This document shows positions 10,976-22,022 of a DNA stretch of 47,774 nucleotides, in pieces. Under the pieces are notes generated by a model. The model was not told the DNA's origin and did not search any database. It was given only the letters and a program-made list of their open reading frames with translations. How positions within the stretch are numbered: the stretch's first letter is position 1; every line of letters begins with the position of its first letter. Source of the DNA: an uncultured Mycoplasmatota bacterium. GTDB lineage: Bacteria; Bacillota_I; Bacilli_A; Mycoplasmatales; Mycoplasmoidaceae. The stretch spans positions 1 to 47,774 of the forward strand of contig CATAWQ010000001.1 of the NCBI GenBank assembly GCA_949500635.1. The letters are read 5' to 3'. A program made the translations under genes and the position numbers.

Positions 10976-11424
10976 TGAAAGTAGCAATATTTTATGGTTC
11001 AAAAAGTGATGATCAAGTAATCGTTAAAGCTATTGACTTATTAAAAGAATTTGACGTAAGTTATGAAAGCTATATATTATCAGCTCATCGTGTTCCTGAA
11101 AAATTAATTAACACTATTAAACAAGTAGAGAAAAAAGGCTGTGAAGTAATTATAGCGGGCGCTGGATTATCAGCTGCTCTTCCTGGTGTAATTGCTAGTC
11201 ACACATTATTACCTGTTATTGGTCTTCCTATTAATGCAGCTTTAGGTGGATTAGATGCATTATTATCAATTGTACAAATGCCAAAACCTATTCCAGTAGC
11301 AACTGTAGGAATTAATAATGGTTACAACGCAGCTATGTTGGCCATTCAAATCCTAGCTAACAAAGATTCTAAACTTAAAACTAAGCTAAATAAATTTAGA
11401 ATTGATATGAAAAAAAAGTTATAA
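10975..11424 (+). CDS. purE: PurE-family protein (N5-CAIR mutase / AIR carboxylase family)
   Basis: The ATG overlaps the purL stop (taATG). 149 aa. Motifs: [36 protein letters not shown]. Confidence 0.8.
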
Positions 11425-11512
11425 ATATGCTTCTAATATAACTTGATTTTTAATTAAACAATACATTAAAACTTGTATTCTCTTGAAATTTAAATTGTAT
11501 GTGGAAAATAGT

Positions 11513-12498
11513 TTAATTAACATATTCTCAACCACTAGATGGGAAATTTCCTTTAGTTTTTATTCAAGCTAAGAAGTCGTCAGAACTAATTGATGGATTT
11601 AATGATTTAACCTTTCCTGTAGGGGAAATGTGAGAAAATGCATATGTGTCAATATTTACACTACTATAATAAGTATCTGGTAAATCTCAAGTAATATAGT
11701 TTAATGATCTGGATTCAAAAAAGCATATGGACCAATTTTGATTAAACTATTTGGGAGTGTCACAGAATTTAACGACACACAATTAGAAAAAGCACTATCA
11801 CTAATTATTGATAAATTTGTACAATTAGATAAATCAATGGAAGTTAATGATGAACATGCATTAAAAGCACTATTACCAATTGCTTCTAAACTGTTTGGTA
11901 AAACTATTGAAGAAATCGATGAACAATATTGAAAAGCATTAGTTGCAATCGAAGTAATATTATCAGGAATTAGAATATCTCCGCAAGCCAAACTTCCTAC
12001 AGCAACAGATGAATCATTTCAAGAAATTTGTCCTCTTTTTCCAGTAATTACTGCTTTACCTTTTGTTCCTAATTGTTCATCATGAAAATAATTGTTGTCA
12101 ATTTTTATATCTTTTATCGAGCTACATAACGCAAAAGCAGCTTGACCGATTGAAGAACAATTAGACCCATCTGCAAAAATTAAGTTCTTAATGAATAATG
12201 GGATATCTGTTTGTAATGTAAGTTGATTATAAAAGGCGCTTTCACTAATACTTGTTACACTAGCAGGAATTTCCATAGTGTTATATTGTTTGTATGCATT
12301 TGGATTATCTAAAAATTCATCTGTGAAACCTGTTAAGATTGTTGAATCATTTGGATCGTACTTATAAACTTCTTATGGTAAAATGCTTGTTTTAGTAGAG
12401 GATGATCCACAAGCAGTTGCCATAAACGGAATTAATGTGGCTAACCCAATTCCAGATGTAAGACATAAAACAGTTTTTAGTAATTTTTTATTTTTCAT
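11513..12498 (-). pseudogene. BspA-like LRR lipoprotein, family copy 2, disrupted (premature TAA plus frameshift)
   Basis: It has the same promoter/RBS/signal-peptide cassette as copies 1 and 3 (MKNKKLLKTVLCLTSGIGLATLIPFMATAC). An in-frame TAA lies at 12373-12375, where the paralogs have GAT. The frame is lost at a T6 run on the coding strand (A6 at 11717-11722). After a 1-nt shift the conserved tail LNYITWDLPD...GNFPSSGWE reappears. Confidence 0.7.
11984..12300. repeat. Right arm of perfect 317-bp inverted repeat (partner 5922-6238)
   Basis: The reverse complement is identical to 5922-6238. The first mismatches are at 11983 and 12301. Confidence 0.9.
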
Positions 12499-12529
12499 AT
12501 TTTTTCTCCTATTTGTATATTTATACTTG

Positions 12530-12536
12530 TTTTTTT
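12530..12536 (-). repeat. Short A7 tract at the position of the poly(A) tract in the promoter cassette of copy 2
   Basis: Minus strand reads ttcc-AAAAAAA-caagTATAAATatacaaatAGGAGaaaaaatATG. The cassette matches 5687-5720 and 41341-41374, but the tract is only 7 A. Confidence 0.8.
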
Positions 12537-12601
12537 GGAAAATTATGAATCTCAATGTTGATAAAAATAAAGAAATATTAACAAATAAATAAAGTTATAA
12601 A

Positions 12602-13759
12602 TTATTTCGAATTTTTATTTTGATTTGATAATATTCTCTTTAAAGGAGTGTATTCTAAATAAAGAGAACTTGCAATTGTAGGATTAGTAATTTTTCCCTT
12701 ATAAGTTATTACAGCATTCGCTAACACAGGAGAATTTTCTAAGTCAAATGTGTTTTTTAAAATTTCTTGTAACAACTCAGTGTTAATTTTAGAAATTAAT
12801 GAAGAAAATGTTTTAGGATAATAATGACTTACATTACCTACATTAAAGTGAATAACATCTGCTGTTGTAAAAACAGCTTTTGATAATTTTATTTGTTTAG
12901 ATTCTGTTTGACTTGCAAATCCATAATCACTAGCTAAATCTACAAACACAGCACCCTTGTTTATCGAAGTAATCATTTTTTCATTAAAAATTGTATGTGT
13001 AGGTTCATTAGGATTGTTAGCTGCGCAAACAACAGCATCTGCTTGCCTTAGCATTGAAAATAATTTTTCATATTCATATTTAAATACTGACAAAGTACAA
13101 TCATTAATCTTACATAATTGTTTGTACTCATCGTTGCTTTTAACTTTGTCTAAATCACTCTCATTGTAATCAAATACAACCACATTACTTCCTAAAGCAA
13201 GCGCTGATTTAATTAAAGATTTACCAGCAAAATTTGATCCACCAATAACAAATAAATTAGAATTAAAGTCCTCAATTTTACCAAAAACTTTTCCTAATCC
13301 TTTCTTTTGATATCTAGATAAATAAAAACCAATAACGCTAACTGCTAGTTGACCTTTTAGTTTTTCAGAAACTTTAAAAACAGATCCTTCCTTTGTAGGT
13401 TGAATAGATTTTATCGATATCATAGTAGTATTGTATTTAAGCAATTGAAAAAGATACTTGTTTTCATTTATTGGATTAGCATAGTTTCAAACAATTTGTG
13501 TAGGACTTAATTTCTTTAAAATCTTAGAACTAATACGAGCAATCTTGCAAATTACATGGTAAGAAGAAATGTCAGACATGTAATTCTTTTTAATAGTTGC
13601 GCCAGCAGACACATATTCATGATCAGGATATCCTAAACCACTACCATAATTAGGTTGAATATAAATTTCTGCACCTTTTGAAATTAAAGTTTTGATATCA
13701 TTAGGAATCAATAAAACTCTTTGGTTTTTATTTTTTTCTTTTAATAATAAAATTTTCAT
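12602..13759 (-). CDS. Alanine dehydrogenase / PNT-family NAD-binding oxidoreductase
   Basis: ORFs 12602..13444 and 13487..13759 are in frame across one TGA (385 aa). The N-terminus MKILLLKEKNKNQRVLLIPNDIKTLISKGAEIYIQPNYGSGLGYPDHEY resembles AlaDH-family N-domains. The Rossmann segment is VIGGSNFAGKSLIKSALALGSNVVVFD. Confidence 0.55.
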
Positions 13760-13783
13760 ATTATTTAGATTATATATAAAGCA

Positions 13784-15799
13784 TTATTTAATTAATGACT
13801 TTAAATAATATTCAATAGCAATCATTGCGCGAACATCATTATTACAATACTTTCCTAAATTCTCAGCATTAATCTTTCATTCATCACTAGATAATTTATT
13901 AAAGAATCTTCTTGTAGAGGCGTTTTGTGCTTCTGTACCATTGTGAATACCAACTAAACCAGTTTTATAATTAACACAACCTGCTGCATTAAAAATATCT
14001 TTTGCGTATTTTTCTACTAGTGGTAAAACCTTTTTAATTGAGTAAAAACCTTTAAGTTCTTTAAAAACAATATGTTTGTTGTTTTTACTAATATTGAACG
14101 AATCAGCAATATCAACAATATGATTAATTATGATTTTTACTTTTTCAATATATTCAGGTTCATTAATATATTCAGCCATTTCTTTAAGCCTGGTCATTTC
14201 AAAGTTTTTATTAAAAACAATATAGTCATATTCTTTGCATTCTTCTAAATTTTTAGAAGGAAGGCAAGTATCAATAATGACTTTAAAATCATCCTTATTT
14301 ATTCCATTAATAGGATCAATAACAACTGGCGGAATTTCTTTAAGATGATGAAGGCCTTTACCATCATCAATTATTACAGAGACTTGGTTTACTGTTTGCA
14401 TAAATGGTGGATACTTATCCACAACTCTAATTGCTAAATTTAAAGATTCAAAATCAAAATAAACTTTTTTGTTCCTAATACTTTTAATAAATTCAATCGC
14501 GTGTTCAGAAAAATATGGAGCATTACGAGATTTAGAAACCCCTAATAAATACCCTTTTAACGCTTCTGGTTTATTTCATGCTTTTCCACTAACAAGAGTA
14601 AATTTGTTTGTTTCAAGTAAATTAATTACAGTTTGAAACGGAACATTTTTCCCTTTGATCATTTTATATATTTGACATGCAATTTCAAACCTGCATAAAT
14701 TTCCAGAAAATTGAAATGGTAAGTAGTCTGGGTTATTTGAAAAATAATAATAGTCTCTTAACAGTAATCAAAAATCCACATCTTTATAAGATGATTTATA
14801 AATATTGTGTGGTTCATATTTAATTTTTGAAGCATCCGGAATTGGTTTCTGGATTAAATCATATAGATGATCAATTGTGTTTCAAAATTGTTTAATGTTT
14901 GTGCATATTTTTGTTAAGAATTCACTTTTACCTTTACCTGTTTGTATTCTTTCCTTTATTGTTGGAACCTCTTCTAATTCTTTATCATTATCTTCTCAAA
15001 TTAAATTCTCTTTAGCATAAGCTTTTTTCGCACATTTATCTCTTAAGGAAAGAATCTTATACTCGTTTTTATCAGTATGATTTTTAAAACTTTTAGCCGT
15101 TTTACCATCATGACATTTATCAGTCAAAACAAAAGATACTTGTCTAATAGGTAATAATTCATATTTAACAATACATAAATAATAATTTTCTAAAATTATG
15201 TCCATTGAATCTTCAATAATATTAACTTGGTAAAACAAGTCGAGGATATGAACAAATCTCGTACTAGTAGTGCCTTTGGTTTCAATAATATAAAACTTAC
15301 CATTTTTCTTGACTATTGCATCAGGTTTGGTTATTGATTTGTTGTTTTTACTTATAAAAACACTTTGGAAAATAATGATGTTATCATTGTTAATTAATAT
15401 TTTTTTTGTCTCTTCAAATGCTTCTTCGTTTGTTAAATATTTTTTTGATAAATCAATTGTATTACAATCAGAAAAATGTTTAGAAATAAAAATTCTTGAT
15501 TCATGATCAATGATATTTCCTTCATAAATTTTTGGATCTGTATCAGCAAGTTTTTTTATTTTATCATTAGAAACAGTTTCTTTATACTCTTTGTATAAAG
15601 AAAAATAATCATCTTCTTCGTTTTTGAATGACTCATCATCTGCATCATCAAACTCATTAAATTCGTTGTTACTCTGCTTTATTTCTCTAATAATTTCTTC
15701 ATATAAATAATCATTAATAGAAATACTACCAACTAATAATTGGTCTTCAGTTCTATTAAAACTGTTTAAATAAAAGTATTTGGTAACATATTTTGTCAT
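13784..15799 (-). CDS. DUF2779-like protein (PD-(D/E)xK-like N-domain plus DEDD-exonuclease-like C-domain)
   Basis: ORFs 13877..14422 and 14996..15799 are in frame. I translated the gap and the 3' extension through TGA codons to a TAA at 13784 (671 aa). Motifs: KPDAIV...FYIIETKG, VYFDFESLN, YCNNDVRAMIAIE. Confidence 0.65.
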
Positions 15800-15800
15800 A

Positions 15801-16745
15801 TTACAAAATCTTTATATTATTTATTTTTGTAAATTGAATAAATTCATCTTCTCAAACAGATGATACAACTTCTGCTATGTGTAATTTATCTAATAGATAC
15901 ATATATATATTAGACAAATCAAATACTATCAAAAATCTCCGTTGTTCTACATCTTCCCTTACAAAAATATCTACCAAATGTAATTTTAATAATCTAATTC
16001 TCGATTTAATTTTTGGAATGTAAATATACAAAGAAGCGGTTGTGTTATTTTTAGTTAAGTCTTTATTATTACATTCATTAAATTCATTTAAAGAAGTATC
16101 ATCAACTCCTAAAATTAATGTTGGACCATTTGAGTTTAAATACATATCTATGTATTCTGAATATTGTTCTTTTTTTATTCTCTTAGAAATAATATCATTG
16201 ATGTTAACAACATTTATATTGTTAACATTCTTATCTGTGATGTTATATTTCTTTAATGATTGTGTGTTAAGAAGAATATTAATTTTATTTTTAAGAAATT
16301 CAATTAAGCTTTTAGCAGAATCTTTAAATTCATTTTGAGTGGTTTGTTGTGTTGTATAAAGATACAACACATCTTTAATCATTGAATCTGTGTTAGTTAA
16401 TTTAGAGTCTCTGTCAATTAATTTTGTTTTAGCAACTAGTGAATGATTAGAACTAATATTAAGCTTATTTTCAAGTTCTTTGAAATAATTAAAGTTTTCA
16501 TTATTTATAATGTAAGGCAGTTTTGATGAAGCATTATCAAAAGATATCTTGCGATAAATATATCGATTCATACTATCATTATCAACTTGAGAAATCAATG
16601 GATAATCAACCTGAATGATATTAAATTTTTGCTGTAACATATTAATGAATTCAAAATTAAAATCATTGATAAAACTAATGGTTTTGTCTAAGTCGTACTT
16701 TGGTTTGTAATTAATTGGAAAATATGCTTTAAGGTTATTAATCAT
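15801..16745 (-). CDS. AsnA-like (aspartate-ammonia ligase fold) protein, catalytic motifs apparently degenerate
   Basis: ORF 15852..16745 extends through a TGA to a TAA at 15801 (314 aa). A by-eye alignment to remembered E. coli AsnA pairs ISFINDF..FNIIQVDYPLIS with ISFVKSHF..LGLIEVQAPILS, and SNIYMYLLDKLHIAEVVSSVW with [21 protein letters not shown]. The GGGIGQSR block is not conserved. Confidence 0.45.
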
Positions 16746-16747
16746 AA

Positions 16748-18226
16748 TTACTTTTCATCACGCATGTGAGGAAACAATAAAACATTACGAATTGTAGTGT
16801 TATTAGTTAATAACATCACAAGACGATCAATTCCTAAACCAAATCCACCTGTTGGTGGTAATCCATATTCAAGAGCTTCAATAAAATCATTGTCCATCTC
16901 GTTTGCTTCATCATTCCCTAAGTCTTTTTCTTTTATTTGATTTTCAAAACGTTGTTTTTGATCTATTGGATCATTTAGTTCACTAAATGCATTAGCATAT
17001 TCTTTACCACAAATGAATAATTCAAACCTTTTAGTGTATCTTGGATCTTTTGAGTCTTTTTTTGCCAATGGAGATACTTCGATTGGATGACCATAAACAA
17101 ATGTTGGTTGAAGACAACGCTCTTCACAATAAGTTTCAAAGAATTTATTAATAATATGGCCTCTATTTCTTTCATGAGGCAACAATTCAATATGTTGATT
17201 GTCAGCAATTTCAATTGCTTTAGCATCAGAATTAATTTGATTAAAATCAATATTAATAGCTTCTTTAATAGCATCTATCATATTGATTCTTTTAAATTTT
17301 TGATTAAAATTAATGTTAACACCTTTGTATTCTAAATTTTGTTTATCAATTTTTTTTGTAACATATTTGATAATTTCTTCCAATAAATCCATTTGGTCTT
17401 CCATAGAAGAATATGCAGTATATGCTTCAATAGAAGTAAATTCAGGATTGTGCGTAGCGTCCATTCCTTCATTTCTAAAGTTTCTACCTATTTCATAAAC
17501 TTTTTCAAAACCACCAACCACTAATTTTTTAAGAGCTAATTCTGTTGCTATTCTTAAATAATATTCACGATTAAGTGCGTTATGATGAGTAACAAACGGG
17601 CGAGCGGCTGCTCCTCCTAAAATTGATTGAAGAATAGGTGTTTCAACTTCAATATATCCTAATGAGTTTAAATATTCTCTAATCAATGAAACTATTTTGC
17701 TACGCAAAACAAATGTGTTCATTGACTCACTGTTCATAATTAAATCAACATAACGTTTTCTTGCTCTAATTTCTTCGTCTTGCAAACCATGAAATTTTTC
17801 TGGTAATGGTTTTAATGATTTAGATAGAATTACTAAATTATTAATTTTAACTGTACATTCACCAGTATTTGTTTTCATTGGTGTTCCTTGAATACCAACA
17901 ATATCACCAATATCTAATACTTTGGAAAATAAGTGTCAAATTTTTGGATCAGAAGTTTTCTTATTAATATAAAGTTGAACTGTACCATCGAAATCTTTTA
18001 AAACAGCAAAAGTTTGTCTGATAGCCATAATTCTACCAGCAATTTTAATTTCATCTATACACTCGTGAAGTTCCTCTTTGGTGTTATTTTTATATTTTTC
18101 TTTAAATGAAGAAGAAGTAAAATTACGTTCAAATCTTTCGTGTTTGAATGGATCATTCCCTTCATTAACCAATTCAGTTAGTTTATTTCTTCTGCTTTGT
18201 TCTTGGTCAGTTAAATTGTTTTCCAT
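16748..18226 (-). CDS. lysS: Lysine--tRNA ligase (class II)
   Basis: ORFs 16748..17878 and 17936..18226 are in frame across TGA (492 aa). Motifs: [34 protein letters not shown]. Confidence 0.95.
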
Positions 18227-18379
18227 AGTATTTATATTATAAAAATAAAAATATTAAGGGTAATAAGTTATTTAAATAGAAATTAGTGTTTTATTGTTTT
18301 TTAATTATTTACAACTATTAACATGAAAATATCAAGAATAAACATACAATTTTATCTAATTACGATCTCTTATAAAAAT

Positions 18380-18401
18380 AGTTTTATATGAAAATAAAAC
18401 T
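18380..18401 (-). terminator. Weak intrinsic terminator after the 18421 gene
   Basis: An 8-bp stem pairs agttttat with ataaaact around a 6-nt loop. On the minus strand it is followed by attttta. Confidence 0.3.
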
Positions 18402-18420
18402 GAAATACAAAATGACTAGA

Positions 18421-19023
18421 TTATTTAGTTAATTCTTCTTGAGGTTTATTAGTATCAGGTTTTGGTAAATCAATTTTAACATTTCTAAATCTCATAATAA
18501 TTTCTGCAGTTATCTTTTGATCTTGAATCATTTGTTTATAACCTTCAAATTGATCCTTGTTTTCTAAGACATCCCTAATTGGGTTATTAGTCATTTTGTA
18601 ATAATTTTGCAATGAGTTTTTGGTTTCTTCATCTGTAGTTCTAATGTCTCACAATTTCGCTAATTCAGAGAAAACTAAAGTTTTCTTAAGAGTAACTTCA
18701 GTAATTTCATTAATCTTTTCTGCTGGAGCATTTTTGTATAAAGTTTTTACTCTTTCGGAATATTTTTCAATTTCATTTTTATCAATAGTAAATTCATAGC
18801 ATGTAACAATGTAATTCATAATTGCATTAAAAACATTATCTCTAACAACTAAGTTGAAAACTTTTTTCTCAACTTCGTCTGAAGTAGCTTTTGGATTTAT
18901 ATTTTTCATTTGATTACGTTGAACTTCAAGAGTATCTGGATTAGCAAATAATTTTTTGATTTCAAATTTTTGGTTATAGTCTAAATCCTTGATTTTTTTA
19001 ATTGTTGATAGTAACTTTTCCAT
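18421..19023 (-). CDS. Hypothetical protein (helical, acidic/basic; function unknown)
   Basis: ORFs 18421..18612 and 18649..19023 are in frame across TGA (200 aa). I recognise no diagnostic motif. Confidence 0.55.
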
Positions 19024-19040
19024 ATTATTATGATTATATA

Positions 19041-19649
19041 TTAAACATGATTTATTATATTTTTAACTGGTTTGTATGAAAACCTATGAAACCCTTTAAT
19101 TGCACCATACTTCTTGATTTCTTTGACATGTTCAAGTGTTCCATATCCCTTGTGCTTGCTAAAGTTATATTGAGGATATTTTTTATTAATTTTAACCATA
19201 TAGTTATCACGTGCTACTTTAGCTAAAATAGAAGCAGCAGCAATACTTATTGATTTAGCATCTCCTTTAATAATTGATTGCTGTTTAATATTCAAATTAG
19301 GAATTTTTTCAAAATCAATTAGTGCTACATCGGGAACTGTCTTTAATGAAGTCAGTGCGCGACGCATCCCCACAATAGATGCTTCTTTAGGATTTAGTTT
19401 ATCCACTTCTTCTGGATCAATAAAAATTATTTGATAATCTAATGCATCTTTGATTATAGTGTCAAATAATTCATGTCTTTTTTTAATAGATAATGTTTTT
19501 GAGTCTCTAATATTATCATTCTTATATTTTATTGGTAAAATGCATGCTGCCACTACTAATGGGCCTGCTCAACAACCACGACCAGCTTCATCAACTCCAG
19601 CGATGTATTTAGCATTTCTGAGAAAGAGCCTATTTTCATAAAGATACAT
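19041..19649 (-). CDS. rnhB: Ribonuclease HII
   Basis: ORF 19041..19553 extends upstream through TGA to an ATG at 19649 (202 aa). Motif: IAGVDEAGRGCWAGPLVVAA. Confidence 0.9.
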
Positions 19650-19650
19650 A

Positions 19651-20448
19651 TTAGTTTTCATAGTTTATTTTACAAATCTTTCCATTCATAAACATAGAGT
19701 ATAAATATTCTAAAGCTCTTTGTTTATCTAGTTTATTACCATCTAAAATATATTGATATTTCTTGCACACTAATTCTAAAAATTGTTCAAAATTACCAAA
19801 TTCATTTAATCCAAATTTTTGTTTAATTTGATTTGGATATTTTTTGCAATAAAATTCATAACCAAATTTAATTACTTCATACATTGGAATGACTTCTTTT
19901 TTGATACAACCTATCAAAGATAGGATGTATCCTGTTGTGTTGTTATCAATATTTTTAAATAATATTCCAGGAGAGTCATTTAAAAATATCATATTATCTA
20001 TTTTAACAAGTGTCTGCTTTCTTGTAACTCCTGGATAGTTTTGAACTAATAAATTATTTTTATTAAGTAATAAATTAATAAATGAAGACTTACCTATATT
20101 GGGTAACCCTAATACTAAAATATTAAATTGAGGATTTAACAATCCTTTAGATCTACATTTATCAATTTTAGATTTTAATTCTTGTTTAATTTTATTAATG
20201 ATAATACTTCTTGTTTTTTTGTTATTTGTTGAAATGTTCAAAAAATTATTATCAATTACAGCAAGATCTTGTTTAACAGCGACTGTTAATACTGGTAATT
20301 TAAAACTTCCTAACAATTCACGATTACTTGAAATGTGTGGACAACGTGCATCCACTATTTCTATTAACATATCAAAATTTTTCTTTTTTGATTGTAAATC
20401 AGCAATGGCTTTGGCCATATGCCCTGGAAATCAATTTATTTTTTCCAT
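19651..20448 (-). CDS. rbgA: Ribosome biogenesis GTPase A (YlqF/RbgA)
   Basis: Extended upstream through TGA to MEKINWFPGHMAKA (265 aa). It is a circularly permuted GTPase, with DARCP preceding GLPNIGKSSFIN and DSPGIL. Confidence 0.85.
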
Positions 20449-20451
20449 AAT

Positions 20452-21642
20452 TTATTCTTCCGTTGATCCTTGCTGTCAAACGTTTACAGTACCATCAATA
20501 TCATCAATAATGGTTCCAACAATCAAACAACTGTTATCGATATCTCTAATGTTATTAATTAATTTTGGTAATTCAATATACATACAAACAGTCATTAACA
20601 TTTTGTGTTGTCTTAAACTATATCCTCCAGTGTTATCAAAAATTGATAATGGATGAGTATAGTTATTTTTGTATAAATAATTACGAATCTCAGATTGATT
20701 ATCTGAAAAAATTTCTACTTTAACGTTTTTATTTAAAGGGAAATATTTATTTAAAGCAAAACCAAAAATAATAATGCTTAAATAAGAAGCAAATAAGTTT
20801 GCTGAAAAGAAAAAATGTCAGCTATAACAATTAGAATCAATAATTCCAGCTGATAAATATGAACCCATTGTAGATCCAATAACCATTGAAATAGTATTTA
20901 TAGTTACTAACATACTACTAATACTTTTACCTTTTTTAGTAGCATAATAAATTGAGACAATATCCAATCCAGCTGAACAACTTCCAATTATATAAACGAT
21001 TGAAAAAGCTGTAGATGATAATAAACCATAAATAGATGCAGTTAAAAATAAAAAGAAAGTTTTAATTGGATCATGTTCTGTATCAAATAATTCAGGATGA
21101 CCATTAAAATAAAAAGGCATTACATATACTTTATTTTCTGCTAAAACATTTCTAGATTCTGCAATTGTTTTTCCAAAAATAAATACATCATTAACACCTT
21201 TAATTGATGATAATCCAAATCCACACAATGTATTAAAAAGTAAATAAACTAATGTAAGTTTGGTAAATGTTTTACCTACTTTAAAATAAGAAAAAATAAA
21301 TAATGGAATATTTAAAATAAAATATGTTATTCAAAACAGTAAATTAAAAACTAATTCTGCTGTACTTTTATCTACACCATTATGATTCATAATAGTAAAA
21401 ATTAGTCTTGAGAACCCTTGAATAATAGCAGATAGACCAGTGTTGTAAAGACCAGTATTTTTAATTAAGAATTGAACTATAACTGCCATAAATATTCCAA
21501 TCAAAATGGCAGACACATAACGTTGTCAAGTAGAAAGTTGATAAAGTTTTTTAAACTTTATGCTTCCATTTTTGACTTTAACATGATGAAAAGAACCAAT
21601 CTTAAAATTTTTAGTCTTTGGATTCTTGCTAATTGTATCCAT
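20452..21642 (-). CDS. YitT-family membrane protein with C-terminal DUF2179-like domain
   Basis: ORFs 20818..21228 and 21331..21516 plus both flanks are in one frame across TGA (396 aa). It has multiple TM helices and a soluble tail, IFDNTGGYSLRQHKMLMTVC. Confidence 0.7.
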
Positions 21643-21656
21643 GAATAATTTAAAAA

Positions 21657-22019
21657 TTATTTCTTAGCTTGTTTAATACGAGCAGATTTTCCTGAACGTT
21701 CTCTCATGTATGAAATATAAGCACGTCTAACCTTACCACGTCTGTTAACATCGATCTTAACAATTAATGGTGAGTGGTAAGAGAAAGTTTCTTCAACACC
21801 AATTCCAGAAGATTCTTTACGAATAGTAAAAGATTTAGATAATCCTTTACCTGTTACCTTTAAAACAATACCATCAAATCTTTGAACTCTTGTCTTGTTA
21901 CCTTCAATGACTTTAACGTGTACAGAAATTGTATCTCCTGAACGGAATTCAGGTAAATCATTTCTCATCTGAGTTTTTTCTAATTGATTTAGAATTTTTG
22001 TACTATTAATTTTTTTCAT
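21657..22019 (-). CDS. rplS: 50S ribosomal protein L19
   Basis: 120 aa. Motif FRSGDTISVHVKVIEGNKTRVQRFDGIV is typical of L19. Confidence 0.95.
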   Translation of the reverse strand: MKKINSTKILNQLEKTQMRNDLPEFRSGDTISVHVKVIEGNKTRVQRFDGIVLKVTGKGLSKSFTIRKESSGIGVEETFSYHSPLIVKIDVNRRGKVRRAYISYMRERSGKSARIKQAKK

Positions 22020-22022
22020 GAA

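Noticed and set aside
5718-12498. Composite transposon formed by the two inverted LRR genes around purL-purE
   Set aside because: There is no transposase, integrase or terminal inverted repeat with target duplication. The repeats are internal parts of lipoprotein genes, so homologous recombination is the more economical reading.
18227-18420. T-box or other leader upstream of lysS
   Set aside because: No specifier-loop/T-box-like conserved sequence is visible. There is only an AT-rich spacer, with a weak terminator for the upstream gene.
20198-20656. 152-aa ORF on the + strand spanning the rbgA / YitT junction
   Set aside because: It is antisense to two well-supported minus-strand genes and crosses their boundary. 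It has no RBS and no recognisable motif.
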